This document shows positions 49,191 to 59,211 of a stretch of DNA of 64,000 nucleotides, piece after piece (within the stretch, counting starts at the first letter, position 1; every line of letters begins with the position of its first letter). Source of the stretch: a virus (lineage: Duplodnaviria; Caudoviricetes); IMG/VR virus record IMGVR_UViG_3300028624_000003, positions 1 through 64,000 of that record. One strand, 5' to 3'. The notes below the pieces were generated by a model that had not been told where the DNA came from, searched no databases, and saw only the letters and a program-made list of their open reading frames with translations. The position numbers were made by a program, and so were the translations under genes.

Positions 49191-49441
49191 ATGAGTCTCT
49201 TCGTAAAAGATAACGCATCGAAATGGAAAAAGCCAACTTGTATACAAAAATTGCTACAGGTTGGAAAGAAGTAAAGAGCGTCTACGTAAAAACCACAAAC
49301 GGTTGGAAACCTATTTGGGCCTATAGCTGGAAAATAGGTACACGGGGTTCGCAGATAGAAGAAATTACCGCGGTCGTACATTCTACATTCACCGAGCCGG
49401 ACCTAGCTTCACCTGCTCACTTTAAACCACGTGAGGAGTGA
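49191..49441 (+). pseudogene. frameshifted short paralog of the TSP1 protein N-terminus
   Basis: MSLFVKDNASKWKK joins ANLYTKIATGWKEVK..WAYSW only after adding one A to the A5 run at 49227-49231; has its own GGAGG RBS. Confidence 0.7.
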
Positions 49442-49446
49442 CATAC

Positions 49447-50700
49447 ATGAACATACGTGAACTGTACGTTAAGCAAGGAAGGACCATCAGGACCCTATCT
49501 TTTGCTGACAATACACCAGAAGAAATACGCTCATTCTCGGCACTGAATACGTCGTTTTTCATCGACGTCGAGAAAGATGCAGAAACTGTCGTTACAGTGA
49601 ATCTGTCTCACTTGATGCTCGAAACTATCATCGGTCAGTGTACTACGTGGAATGAGATAGGTACACTACTCACTGGCGTGATGGTGGATTCTTACAGTAC
49701 AGATATTCCCAACCTCGATAATCCGAAGTTTGCAGTACGTACCACAGATCCTTTGAAAGCAGAAGAATTCGAGGTGGGATATACCTGCATTGACACACCA
49801 GAAGATCGAAACGTAAAGATCTTTCGAGATCGTCTAATAGATCTGGTAATCACAAAACACGGAGAAGGTCCGATAAACTTGGATACGTCTCTTTGTTTCG
49901 TGAATGGACTAGTATCTCGTCCGATTATGTACAAAGGAGAAATGCTCGTCTCCAGAGGAGCAGAATTCTTCTCTGCCAGCAGTAAGCTACGGCATCCTGA
50001 CATCATGTTGATGGACTTCAAGGAATTGGGAGATATCGAAATTATCCCATTTTCTGAATGCCGTATAAAGTACCGGAACAAAAAGAATACACCGGATCTC
50101 TACTCTGATATGGAGTTCATACTTCCTGAACAAGTAGACCTCAGAACATCTGTGGTATTTCCGGTATTCGCATACTCGATGTACTTTCCGAACGTACTGA
50201 CCGCAGTGACTCATCGATCTCTGGTAGTGAATCATGCTGATCTTTCTATCGGGAGATCTCTACTCAATGCCGCATACTCTTCGGCAAACTATCTGAATCA
50301 GTCTTACGTTATGGAAGCTGAGGCGATAGAAAAGTACGTCTACGAGACCATGTCGCAGAAAGACCACTATGGTGCATTCTTCGTGATAGTCAAGCATCCT
50401 TCGATATGGATCAAGGAAGAACCCCTTTGCAAATTCGCAGGGGATGTAGAAAGTGGTCTCGTTCGTGACGGTATATTGTTCAATGCAGCAATGCAGTCGT
50501 TTATGTCTTACAACCGAATGATGTATAACGACATCACTGACGTATACCACACACCACTCCCGTCAATTCTCGAGATAGACACCAACGAAAATGGTAAAGG
50601 TGCTCTTGCACTTGAATCTACTCGGTGTCTGCATGCCGGTGAGTATTTGCAAGACCATAGCACAGGTCAGTTCAGTATGATCAAGATCATGAAGCTCTAG
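49447..50700 (+). CDS. virion structural protein
   Basis: ~417-aa ORF with a GAGGAG RBS, in the late block. Confidence 0.65.
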   Translation: MNIRELYVKQGRTIRTLSFADNTPEEIRSFSALNTSFFIDVEKDAETVVTVNLSHLMLETIIGQCTTWNEIGTLLTGVMVDSYSTDIPNLDNPKFAVRTTDPLKAEEFEVGYTCIDTPEDRNVKIFRDRLIDLVITKHGEGPINLDTSLCFVNGLVSRPIMYKGEMLVSRGAEFFSASSKLRHPDIMLMDFKELGDIEIIPFSECRIKYRNKKNTPDLYSDMEFILPEQVDLRTSVVFPVFAYSMYFPNVLTAVTHRSLVVNHADLSIGRSLLNAAYSSANYLNQSYVMEAEAIEKYVYETMSQKDHYGAFFVIVKHPSIWIKEEPLCKFAGDVESGLVRDGILFNAAMQSFMSYNRMMYNDITDVYHTPLPSILEIDTNENGKGALALESTRCLHAGEYLQDHSTGQFSMIKIMKL

Positions 50701-50774
50701 ATGGTGTGGGGTGCTGAAAGGCACCCCATGACCTATTTTATGCGATATCACACTACGCACAAGGATGTCTAACT

Positions 50775-51455
50775 ATGGCTAGTATAGCTCCCTATTTTCA
50801 AAAAACTGGTGACTCATTCATCTTCAAAGGTAAGAAGCTCCTTGTAAAAATACCCAGAAGATATGAGACTCGTAATTTGCTGCAGGTCGGAGAAGATATA
50901 ACCACGCTCGCAGTTTTTGAAATGGTAATCGACGACAAAGTGACCTGCGGATTCTTTCTCCCCGCAGTGATTACCATGTTTCCTTCGAACACGTACACAG
51001 GTACTGAAGATGGTGTGGATCTGCTATATGCAGAATTTGTACAGGGTGACAAATTCATAGCTAACCGCACTGTTCTGAAGCGAAATTATATCGCATACCA
51101 AATGTTTGTGGAGTTTATCACATTGGGGAACTTCCCAAAATTCATAACCTACGAACATGTGCTCAGGATCTTTGGTAGATGCAAAGACATCTGCGATGCA
51201 GATCTACGTACCGATAGTAGCGTGTTTGAGTTGATTTACTCTCACCTTGCACGCGATCCTGACAATCTGAACATCAAGTATCGCATGTCCAATATGAAGA
51301 AGCCGGCAAAATTCATTGCTCTGAGTTCTGTCACTTACGGAGCAGACAGTACATCGGCCAAACTCATTGGCGCTTACATGTCGGACGGTATCAACTCGGC
51401 AATCGTCAACCAGTCGACTGAGCATAGTCAGCTGGAAGATTTGCTGCGCACATAA
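50775..51455 (+). CDS. virion RNA polymerase beta' C-terminal fragment (phiKZ gp176-like)
   Basis: ELIYSHLARD..LSSVTYGADSTSAKLIGAY..LEDLLR resembles the RpoC C-terminus; adjacent to the prohead protease, as in phiKZ. Confidence 0.65.
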   Translation: MASIAPYFQKTGDSFIFKGKKLLVKIPRRYETRNLLQVGEDITTLAVFEMVIDDKVTCGFFLPAVITMFPSNTYTGTEDGVDLLYAEFVQGDKFIANRTVLKRNYIAYQMFVEFITLGNFPKFITYEHVLRIFGRCKDICDADLRTDSSVFELIYSHLARDPDNLNIKYRMSNMKKPAKFIALSSVTYGADSTSAKLIGAYMSDGINSAIVNQSTEHSQLEDLLRT

Positions 51456-51480
51456 ATTCATATTTAGGGAGTTTACTACA

Positions 51481-52308
51481 ATGGCTATACCCTCGATCAT
51501 TCCCACGAACAAAGTGTACTTTGCAGTTCAGGTGCTGGACCAGTTGGACGGCAAAAAGCTGCGTGCTCTTCGTCCTGACGAAAATGGCTACTACCAAGTG
51601 GTTCTGGCGATGCTGGATGCCACATCGCGTAACAATGCCTATTACGACGTTGATAGTCTTGTAAGAGAAATCAACGAGCCTTCCTCTGTATTCAATCAGA
51701 CGCTTACGCAAGGTAACCTGCGTGGAGAGTGGGGTCATCCTCCGATGGATTCCACACTGGAACGTATCCAGACGATTGATGAAAGTCGCATCTCCCACCA
51801 CATCAGCAGACTGTGGACTGGAGACCGTACAGAGCGAGGCATTCCTCTCTACGGTTCAATCCGTCCTTCTGGTCCTTTCAAGCAGGTACTGGAAGACTCG
51901 CTTCTTAACCCCAAGGAAAACACCACGTTCTCGTTGCGTTGTCTGATGAAGCAGCGTGTAGATGCGGTGAACAAACGTATGCACCGTACAGTGACTCGTC
52001 TCGTCACCTTCGACTACGTGAACATGCCGGGATATATGGAAGCATCCAAGTGGTTCGCTCCTGGTACCGAATCGTTCAACGGTTATATGGCAGAGATCAC
52101 TCCTGATCAGATCTTCGATGACCAGGGAAAGATCGTCGGTCTTGAATCTTGGTCGGATCAAGAACTTGCAGATTTGTTCGGGGTTCATGAGGTACAGATC
52201 GGGAATCTGCGAATGAGTGCATATCGTTCTGGTACCGGTACCTACTATGACGAACGTGGTAACAAACGGTCCGCAGTGCATGCGATGCTGCGTACTCAGC
52301 GGAGGTAA
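51481..52308 (+). CDS. prohead (head maturation) serine protease (phiKZ gp175-like)
   Basis: LRGEWGHP, ISHHI, TFSLR and TFDYVNMPG motifs. Confidence 0.85.
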   Translation: MAIPSIIPTNKVYFAVQVLDQLDGKKLRALRPDENGYYQVVLAMLDATSRNNAYYDVDSLVREINEPSSVFNQTLTQGNLRGEWGHPPMDSTLERIQTIDESRISHHISRLWTGDRTERGIPLYGSIRPSGPFKQVLEDSLLNPKENTTFSLRCLMKQRVDAVNKRMHRTVTRLVTFDYVNMPGYMEASKWFAPGTESFNGYMAEITPDQIFDDQGKIVGLESWSDQELADLFGVHEVQIGNLRMSAYRSGTGTYYDERGNKRSAVHAMLRTQRR

Positions 52309-52310
52309 CC

Positions 52311-53027
52311 ATGCGCGGATTGAGACAAATTGTTCGTATGTCGAGCGAACCAGAAATACCGCACAGCGATGAAAATCGTGCGATGATGCTCGTAGGTATG
52401 GAGTCGATGGATTCTCGAGAAGAACCCAGCGGACATCAGCCGTGGCACGCATCGTACGATCTGGAGAAACTTCCTTACTGCCCTGTGTATTTCGTAGAGA
52501 CTGTCACGGAAAAGCATGCGGGGGGTAAAACCCACAAACTTTTCCGTGCACACATCACGTCTACGATAGAAACCATAGAAGAGTACTTCACACTTCTCGA
52601 GGTCCTGTACAGTATGGGAGAAGATGATATCATCGAGATACTCATCGACTCTCCTGGTGGTTACATCAACACCGGTGCAACTATCGCTACTGCGATCAGG
52701 TCTTGTAAGGGTAGAGTGATCACACATGCAGTCGGTCTCTGCGCTTCATCCGGATCCTTGATCTGGTCTGCAGGGCATGAGTGTGTTTGCTCGTCTATGG
52801 CTACCTTCATGTGGCACATGTCTTCGCATGGTAGTTACGGAAACTCTATCACTGTTCAACGTGACGCAGAAGCCCAGGTGGACTTTGTGAGAAAGGTCTT
52901 CCTCGATATTTCCTTCAAGAAGGGTCATATCACGAGAGAAGAAGTCGATCGTATCTGCTCAGTACCAGACGAAGCAGTCTGGATTACTGCAGAAGAAATG
53001 AACCGTCGTCTGGCAGCAGCTGCGTAA
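52311..53027 (+). CDS. ClpP-family serine protease
   Basis: IDSPGG, CASSGSLIW (catalytic Ser), FMWH (catalytic His), WITAEE. Confidence 0.85.
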   Translation: MRGLRQIVRMSSEPEIPHSDENRAMMLVGMESMDSREEPSGHQPWHASYDLEKLPYCPVYFVETVTEKHAGGKTHKLFRAHITSTIETIEEYFTLLEVLYSMGEDDIIEILIDSPGGYINTGATIATAIRSCKGRVITHAVGLCASSGSLIWSAGHECVCSSMATFMWHMSSHGSYGNSITVQRDAEAQVDFVRKVFLDISFKKGHITREEVDRICSVPDEAVWITAEEMNRRLAAAA

Positions 53028-53038
53028 GGTGGTGACAT

Positions 53039-53704
53039 ATGTACGATCTTAACGTAATCGAAGCGGACGATGGACTCACCGGGTTTGCGCAAGAAAACTT
53101 TGTACCTGAACACCTCCAGGGTATGAACAGTGTAGTAGGTTCTGGAAATCCACTTGCATATACCAGAGAAGTAAACCGAAAGCTGTGCAACGGTCCTGTT
53201 GAGTTTGTGCGAGAAGCATCTCGTCTGCATCTTCACAGTACCGACCCCAACAACATGCGACTGTACATTTCCCCCAAGAATTCGTACGGTCTCAGTTATT
53301 TCCAGAACAAACTGAGCACACTGCTGTACTCACTGAAGTCCGATCAGACACTGACAATTCTCATCGGGTCCGGTGTGGATGAGTGGTGGTCAGTACCTAC
53401 ACTGGGTGCGGTACTCACTGCTATGCAGAATTGCCGAGGCAAAGTTGTCACTGTGGTCACCTCCAGATGCACGTTCGTCGAAAGTGTACTCTGGCTTTTT
53501 GGTAAGGAACGTGAGATATCTCCTTATGGTGAGGTGATGCTGATGGGTGCAGAAGGTATTCTCAACTCTGAGGTACAATATCTGAAGCCCATCTACGAGA
53601 GGATTTATCGGCGTGCACAAGAACTCGGAATGATCTCACCTGAGAAAGTCGAGGAACTTTGCACATCGAAAGAAGTACTTCGCTTCGGAAACTACGAAGG
53701 CTAA
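53039..53704 (+). CDS. degenerate ClpP-like protein (catalytic Ser/His absent)
   Basis: AVLTAMQNCRGKVVT..CTFVESVLW..EVMLM aligns with TIATAIRSCKGRVIT..CASSGSLIW..TFMWH of the preceding gene. Confidence 0.6.
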   Translation: MYDLNVIEADDGLTGFAQENFVPEHLQGMNSVVGSGNPLAYTREVNRKLCNGPVEFVREASRLHLHSTDPNNMRLYISPKNSYGLSYFQNKLSTLLYSLKSDQTLTILIGSGVDEWWSVPTLGAVLTAMQNCRGKVVTVVTSRCTFVESVLWLFGKEREISPYGEVMLMGAEGILNSEVQYLKPIYERIYRRAQELGMISPEKVEELCTSKEVLRFGNYEG

Positions 53705-53776
53705 TCCACAGGGTAGGGGGCAAAACCCCCTACCCTATGACGGAGTTATACACCACTTAACAGCTGGGTTATTCTC

Positions 53777-55894
53777 ATGATCCTATTCGAACGTGAAATA
53801 GAAGAAAAAGGCGCATACATTCATACGAAGACATCGAACATGTCATTTCTTCGGATGTATGCAATTCTGAAGAAAATGGGCATCAGTAACAACAAGTTCT
53901 TCCTGACTACATACGACAAAGAACTACTTACGATAGATGTGCAAAAAAATACAGATCCATCCCAAGAGTTAGCTGCGCGTATTGTACGAGAGTGCAAACT
54001 CAATCCTTGGTACTATTTGCGTGAAGTGATTCTCATTCCTGGTGCAGGTGAAGATATTCGATACGAACTAAATCGTGGTAATTTAGCACTAACTTGGTCG
54101 TATTTGAGTAATATTGACGTGTATCTAGTAATGGCTCGTCAGTGCGGTAAATCGATGTCCACACATGCTATCGTGTCTTGGGTTATATTTCTAGTAGCTG
54201 AGAAGTTCAACATGGCTATGCTTACGAAAGACATTATTCTTTTACAAGAAAACGTCAAACGTGTGCGAGACATAAGAAATGCGCTTCCTAAATATCTCAT
54301 TCACAGAGATAAACTGAAAGATACCGAAAACAAAACAGGTTTAGCTTACGCCGCATTGAACACGCAGTATCTCACATTTGTGGCACAACCAGAAGTTATG
54401 GCTGCAGCCAAACTTGCCCGCGGTATGTCGATATCGTCCGAACACTGGGACGAATTCGAATACTTCAAGAACATAGATCTCTCATATCCGTCAGCGGTTG
54501 CTGCCATGGGTGCAGCTGCAGAACAAGCAAAAGCACTTGGTCTTCCTCACACGAACATCATCACGTCCACTGCCGGAAAGTTAAACTCTCCTGAAACTCA
54601 GTATGCGTTGAAACTCATCTCGCAAGCAATGCCGTTCAGTGAAACGCTATACGACTGCAGAGATAAACAGCATCTCCATGAAGTAGTTTCTACAAACTCT
54701 ACGAATAAGATGCTGTATGCAGTATTTTCGTATCTGCAGTTGGATAAATCACATGCATGGTTTAAGGAAACTACAGTTAAAACTGGTGGTACTCCTGAAG
54801 AAATTGCTCGCGACTATCTAAACCTACGTCAAGCAGGTATCGAAGGAAGTATTATTCCTGCTTTGACTTTGGACAAGATAAAGAAGTCACAAGAAGAACC
54901 AACGAAGACTACAATAATGGGCGGTTACGCTTTTCGTTGGTATCAGGATCCTGAGCTATTACTGAACAACAAACTGTATAAGCGACCGCTTATCATGGGC
55001 CTCGATACTTCCGAAAATATCGGACAGGACTTTACCACACTCGTAATCGTAGATGCGACGGACTTATCAGTGGTAGGTACTGCGAAGTGCAACGAAGCAG
55101 ACCTCATTAAGTTCGCTACATTCCTCGGTGAATTCATGGCCAAACACGATCATTTGTTCTTGGTGCCTGAAAGAAAGAGCACCGCCCTGATCATGCTAGG
55201 CATCATCTGTGCGATACTCCGCAAAGCGGGAACGAACCCATGGACCCGTATATTCAACCAAGTGTTTCAGAATCGTACATCTGAGCCATACTGCAAAATA
55301 GATGTCACAGATTCATCTGCTGAGACGGGAGCGAATAAGAAGTATCTCGGGTATGTGACTGCAGGTAGTGGAGAAATGTCACGAAACACTCTCTACAAAG
55401 TTACACTCATGAAGACATTGGAACTCAACGCTACTAGAATCAAAGACCAGTCTCTCATCGACGAGTTGTGCCAGCTGACACTGAAGAACGATAGAATCGA
55501 CCACAGTGCAGGCGGGCATGACGACATGGTCATCGCGTATCTCTTAGCCTGTTGGTTTGTACTCTATGGTAAGAACATCAATCTGTATCGACTCAACAGA
55601 AATGACTTCTTGTCAGGAGTAACCAACACTGGTGACAAAATAGATCCGACAGAAAAGAAAGCGCTGGAAGAAATTCGAGCGCGTGTAGAAGAAGTCAAGC
55701 AGATGCTCAGAAATACGAGATTCCCTGCAGTACGCAGTTCGTTGATCCGGGAACTGACGCACCTAGAATCATTACTCGGAGAAGAAGCAGAAAACTCTTC
55801 TGATGCAGTAGTACGAGAAGAAGATATCTCGGGAAAGATGCAGACCATGGATCCATCCGTGATGATTTCGGCAATTCGTGCAATGTACTTGTAA
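53777..55894 (+). CDS. terminase large subunit (phiKZ gp25-like)
   Basis: ECKLNPWYYLREV, Walker A ARQCGKS, Walker B HWDE, nuclease GLDTS and GHDDMV. Confidence 0.92.
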   Translation: MILFEREIEEKGAYIHTKTSNMSFLRMYAILKKMGISNNKFFLTTYDKELLTIDVQKNTDPSQELAARIVRECKLNPWYYLREVILIPGAGEDIRYELNRGNLALTWSYLSNIDVYLVMARQCGKSMSTHAIVSWVIFLVAEKFNMAMLTKDIILLQENVKRVRDIRNALPKYLIHRDKLKDTENKTGLAYAALNTQYLTFVAQPEVMAAAKLARGMSISSEHWDEFEYFKNIDLSYPSAVAAMGAAAEQAKALGLPHTNIITSTAGKLNSPETQYALKLISQAMPFSETLYDCRDKQHLHEVVSTNSTNKMLYAVFSYLQLDKSHAWFKETTVKTGGTPEEIARDYLNLRQAGIEGSIIPALTLDKIKKSQEEPTKTTIMGGYAFRWYQDPELLLNNKLYKRPLIMGLDTSENIGQDFTTLVIVDATDLSVVGTAKCNEADLIKFATFLGEFMAKHDHLFLVPERKSTALIMLGIICAILRKAGTNPWTRIFNQVFQNRTSEPYCKIDVTDSSAETGANKKYLGYVTAGSGEMSRNTLYKVTLMKTLELNATRIKDQSLIDELCQLTLKNDRIDHSAGGHDDMVIAYLLACWFVLYGKNINLYRLNRNDFLSGVTNTGDKIDPTEKKALEEIRARVEEVKQMLRNTRFPAVRSSLIRELTHLESLLGEEAENSSDAVVREEDISGKMQTMDPSVMISAIRAMYL

Positions 55895-56053
55895 TCACAG
55901 TAGAGAGGTCGGAGATCCGACCTCTCTACTATCGTACTTTATGTCAAAAATATAAGTCCTGTGGCGTACTCCAGAAAGTAACAAAAATTAACAAAACTAC
56001 TCCAATAAATCCCACACAGTGTGTAAGGATTATGTCATTCTGTCTAATTCAAA

Positions 56054-56071
56054 TATATATTACTAATTTGA
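56054..56071 (+). promoter_or_regulatory. phiKZ-type early promoter
   Basis: TATATATTAC-TAATT-TGA. Confidence 0.75.
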
Positions 56072-56107
56072 TCCCTATCCAAAATAATCAAACTCAAGGA
56101 GTTTACC

Positions 56108-56647
56108 ATGTTTAAGGAAACATTCAAATTTATCAGACTCATGCTCGCTCACATTGTCAAAGTCTACCATCGTCACCGGATCTCTACGCGGATTGAGAAA
56201 AGAATCCGCAAAGAGGAAGTCAAGCAAGTAAAGGGGATTTACATGGTAGTCGACACGGGTACAGTCGCAGCCGTGACCGGTATCACGGATGATCCGTGCG
56301 CTGCTGCGCTACAGTACAACGTTGTCGAAGCCACCGCACGCGGGTTCGTTCCTACGACTCGTAGGATCATCGTCATAAATGACGAACTAAATCGCACAAA
56401 TGATAAGACCCTGGTTGCCGCAATATCCCTCCACGAATTTGCCCACCACTATTTCGACCACTTGAAAGATGGTTCCCGAGAAGGGACCATCGAAGTGGAG
56501 TTTGAGGCAGACAGGTACGTATTCGATCATAACCGTGAAGCAGCGGTGGCACTCGAAGCGTATCTGAGAAAATCCGGAGAGAAGTACAACAACATCACAT
56601 CTCTCCGGAGAGCTACAAGATTAACGGCCCTGTTGGAAAGAGAATAA
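56108..56647 (+). CDS. HExxH zinc metallopeptidase-like early protein
   Basis: LHEFAHHYFDH and EFEAD (M48/ImmA-like). Confidence 0.75.
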   Translation: MFKETFKFIRLMLAHIVKVYHRHRISTRIEKRIRKEEVKQVKGIYMVVDTGTVAAVTGITDDPCAAALQYNVVEATARGFVPTTRRIIVINDELNRTNDKTLVAAISLHEFAHHYFDHLKDGSREGTIEVEFEADRYVFDHNREAAVALEAYLRKSGEKYNNITSLRRATRLTALLERE

Positions 56648-56707
56648 TGGCATGACTCGAGATAGATGGGGGTACCAAAAGTACCCCCATCTCATTTAAT
56701 TTTTGTG

Positions 56708-56725
56708 TATACATTACTACAATGA
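56708..56725 (+). promoter_or_regulatory. phiKZ-type early promoter
   Basis: TATACATTAC-TACAA-TGA. Confidence 0.7.
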
Positions 56726-56763
56726 ACCACTTCTTTAACCCTAAATATTTGGAGAGCTCTACC

Positions 56764-57252
56764 ATGAACGACGCAAAAGTAAACGTGAGTGCAGCAGCTG
56801 TTGAAGTGTTCGGTAACGTGATGGCCGGCGTAACTCAGGAATACATTCTTGCGAGTAAGGATCGTATCTACATAGTGGAACCGGTGAAGGATGCCATCAA
56901 GAAGGAAGATCTCTTCTACGTTCCTGCCACGCTTGCGCTCAGCATGTACAAGATCGTACTCGAAGCCATGAACCCGAACATGCTGCACCCCACTGAAAAC
57001 CGGGTAGTGACAAAGAAGGAAGCCGAGTCTCGCGTTTTCACCAAGCGGGCGGACCCTGCTACGATTCACAACCTCACTCACCGGTTCATTTCGGCTCTCG
57101 GTGATGTGGATCTGATAGAGATGCACTCATTGTGCTATCGTGCACTGTCTGAAATGATCACACTGAACAAGGCTGTGATCTCTAAGCCTGTCCGGATCAA
57201 GATGGTACAGGAACTCGTCGGTCTCATCAAATCCACGTTCAATGTCAACTAG
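56764..57252 (+). CDS. hypothetical early protein
   Basis: GGAG RBS; start placed downstream of the promoter. Confidence 0.7.
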   Translation: MNDAKVNVSAAAVEVFGNVMAGVTQEYILASKDRIYIVEPVKDAIKKEDLFYVPATLALSMYKIVLEAMNPNMLHPTENRVVTKKEAESRVFTKRADPATIHNLTHRFISALGDVDLIEMHSLCYRALSEMITLNKAVISKPVRIKMVQELVGLIKSTFNVN

Positions 57253-57295
57253 ACTGGCAGAGTTTGCGCACGCAATAAACAGGAAAGGAATACAC

Positions 57296-57808
57296 ATGAA
57301 CAAGCTCAGCAGTACGATACTGGACTTTCCGGAAATCAAAATCGTGGACGGAAGCGAATGCTGTAAATTTCTGTTTCCCCGCAGAAAAGCCGTATGGTGT
57401 GAAGAATACGGAGCAATGGTGTTTCATGAGGCAGGACGTGACGAACTGATTTCCCAAGTGCTGAGCGTTGGCGGGGAAAAGCTGACGCACGGCGACGAAG
57501 TGTATCTTAAGCTTTTTGCCAATACCATCGAGAGCGCAACGAAGGCTAGCGAAATCATCGCAGATCATGACGATGTCATAGAAGCTGTACTGACACGTAC
57601 CGTGAGTTTGCGCACGACTTGCAAAAACGTGGCAGTTATTTCGATTTACTACGAAGTGCGTGGAGACTTGGCGTGTATCGAGTCCATACATTTCCAGAAC
57701 ATCAGAGACAGAGCGACGTTCGAAGAACTGATCGACCCTGTCAAGATCTACAAGAAATACTTCAGCGCAAAATGGACGCGTTGCTTAGTGAGTACATGGG
57801 CCAAATAG
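57296..57808 (+). CDS. hypothetical protein
   Basis: AAGGA RBS; ~170 aa. Confidence 0.65.
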   Translation: MNKLSSTILDFPEIKIVDGSECCKFLFPRRKAVWCEEYGAMVFHEAGRDELISQVLSVGGEKLTHGDEVYLKLFANTIESATKASEIIADHDDVIEAVLTRTVSLRTTCKNVAVISIYYEVRGDLACIESIHFQNIRDRATFEELIDPVKIYKKYFSAKWTRCLVSTWAK

Positions 57809-57848
57809 GGCCCATGTACTCCACATCCCTCCGTAGTACATCTGGCAA

Positions 57849-58157
57849 ATGTACACAAGAAAAGACTCAGGAGAACTCGCGTGTATCGTTACGGAAATAC
57901 TCGCAGATACTGCGAAGTACTACAGGAAAGATTACTTGAGAAAAACAGACATCTCGCAGGTGCAGAAAGAGTAGGTAACTGATCCGGAATGCGTGATCGG
58001 GTTCTACGATAAGATCAATGGTTTGCACTGGGCGGTCAATCGTGAAGTACCCGAACCGTCGATGTTCATGAATGCTCGACAAAAACTGCAGTTACAAATT
58101 CTGCAGCGAATTCTGTACTACCGAGGACTCAACAGCCTTCAGCTCGAGTTCGATTGA
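57849..58157 (+). pseudogene. amber-interrupted ORF
   Basis: 102-codon frame broken only by TAG at 57972-57974; fills the gap in the operon. Confidence 0.4.
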
Positions 58158-58197
58158 GCGGCAGGATTTACTTCATCACTAAAAGAGGATACAACAA

Positions 58198-58731
58198 ATG
58201 CAGATACACGTAAAGACGGAAGAATATCGTGAATGGTACGTCACCTACATAAGGGAATACGAGCCTCGTTTTTGTATACCTAGAGGTAAAGGGGAGTGTG
58301 CCATCACAATGGCACACCCGGCCATAAACATCTCGTTAGGTCTTGCATTTTGTAAAGCGACTGAATCTTACGGTCTCACCGGATGGGAGTACAGAATGGA
58401 TACCGCAGAGCGTCTGTTCTATGCTGAGATCAATGATTGTACTTGCGCCGTTGGTGTGAGCATACTTCACACACTGCGTGATCATGCTTCACGTTGTATA
58501 CCTGAATCTTACGAAGACTTCAGATACACACAACTTCTTCATGCGCGTACAGTAGAAGAAGATTTTTCGGAGTGCACGATAGGCTCGAGTAAGGGAAGCT
58601 ATCCTTTCACTGAGCACAGGATCGATTTCGACTCCAAACGTAGCGAGATGTCTCTGTACAGGATGCGTGATGAGATTCAAAAAGATCACTTAAAATTGTG
58701 CAGGTCAATGTCGCCGTACTACGAAAGGTAA
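58198..58731 (+). CDS. hypothetical protein
   Basis: GAGGA RBS; hairpin at 58740-58769 follows. Confidence 0.7.
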   Translation: MQIHVKTEEYREWYVTYIREYEPRFCIPRGKGECAITMAHPAINISLGLAFCKATESYGLTGWEYRMDTAERLFYAEINDCTCAVGVSILHTLRDHASRCIPESYEDFRYTQLLHARTVEEDFSECTIGSSKGSYPFTEHRIDFDSKRSEMSLYRMRDEIQKDHLKLCRSMSPYYER

Positions 58732-58985
58732 AATGAATGGTAGAGAGGACCGGTGAAGGTCCTCTCTACTTGTGCAGTTGTTCTATTTCTTTTTATTTGA
58801 GACATGATTTCCATTTACTACAAATATGCTCAGACACACTGAGCATATCTACGCTACTCTCTTTAAATATCGACTAGCTTGATGCACTCTTCCCTTTGGG
58901 AAACCATGAGTATATATTCCTTTAGAGATAGACTCAGTAGAGTCTATCTCTGGTTGTTCTCAGTATACTTCTTCTCTTACCAAGA

Positions 58986-59142
58986 AAGGATGTCGAGTAC
59001 TCCGTACTCTCCTCTTAATACAAACAGACTTCGTCTGTCGCTGGGGTTTTCGAGGAGTTTCCAAGTTCTCCTCTTCTCGTGAGAGAAGAGTCGAGGTAGG
59101 TGCTTTCGCATTTTATAATTGTACATGTAAAAAATTACAACA
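58986..59142. repeat. dispersed hairpin-rich element, copy 2
   Basis: 54 bp identical to 11641-11694, same orientation. Confidence 0.9.
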
Positions 59143-59211
59143 GTGTACACCCTAGCTATGTATGGGTGCAATGCCCCAATGCTATGTATTCTCTACAACG
59201 GGAGCATAACC

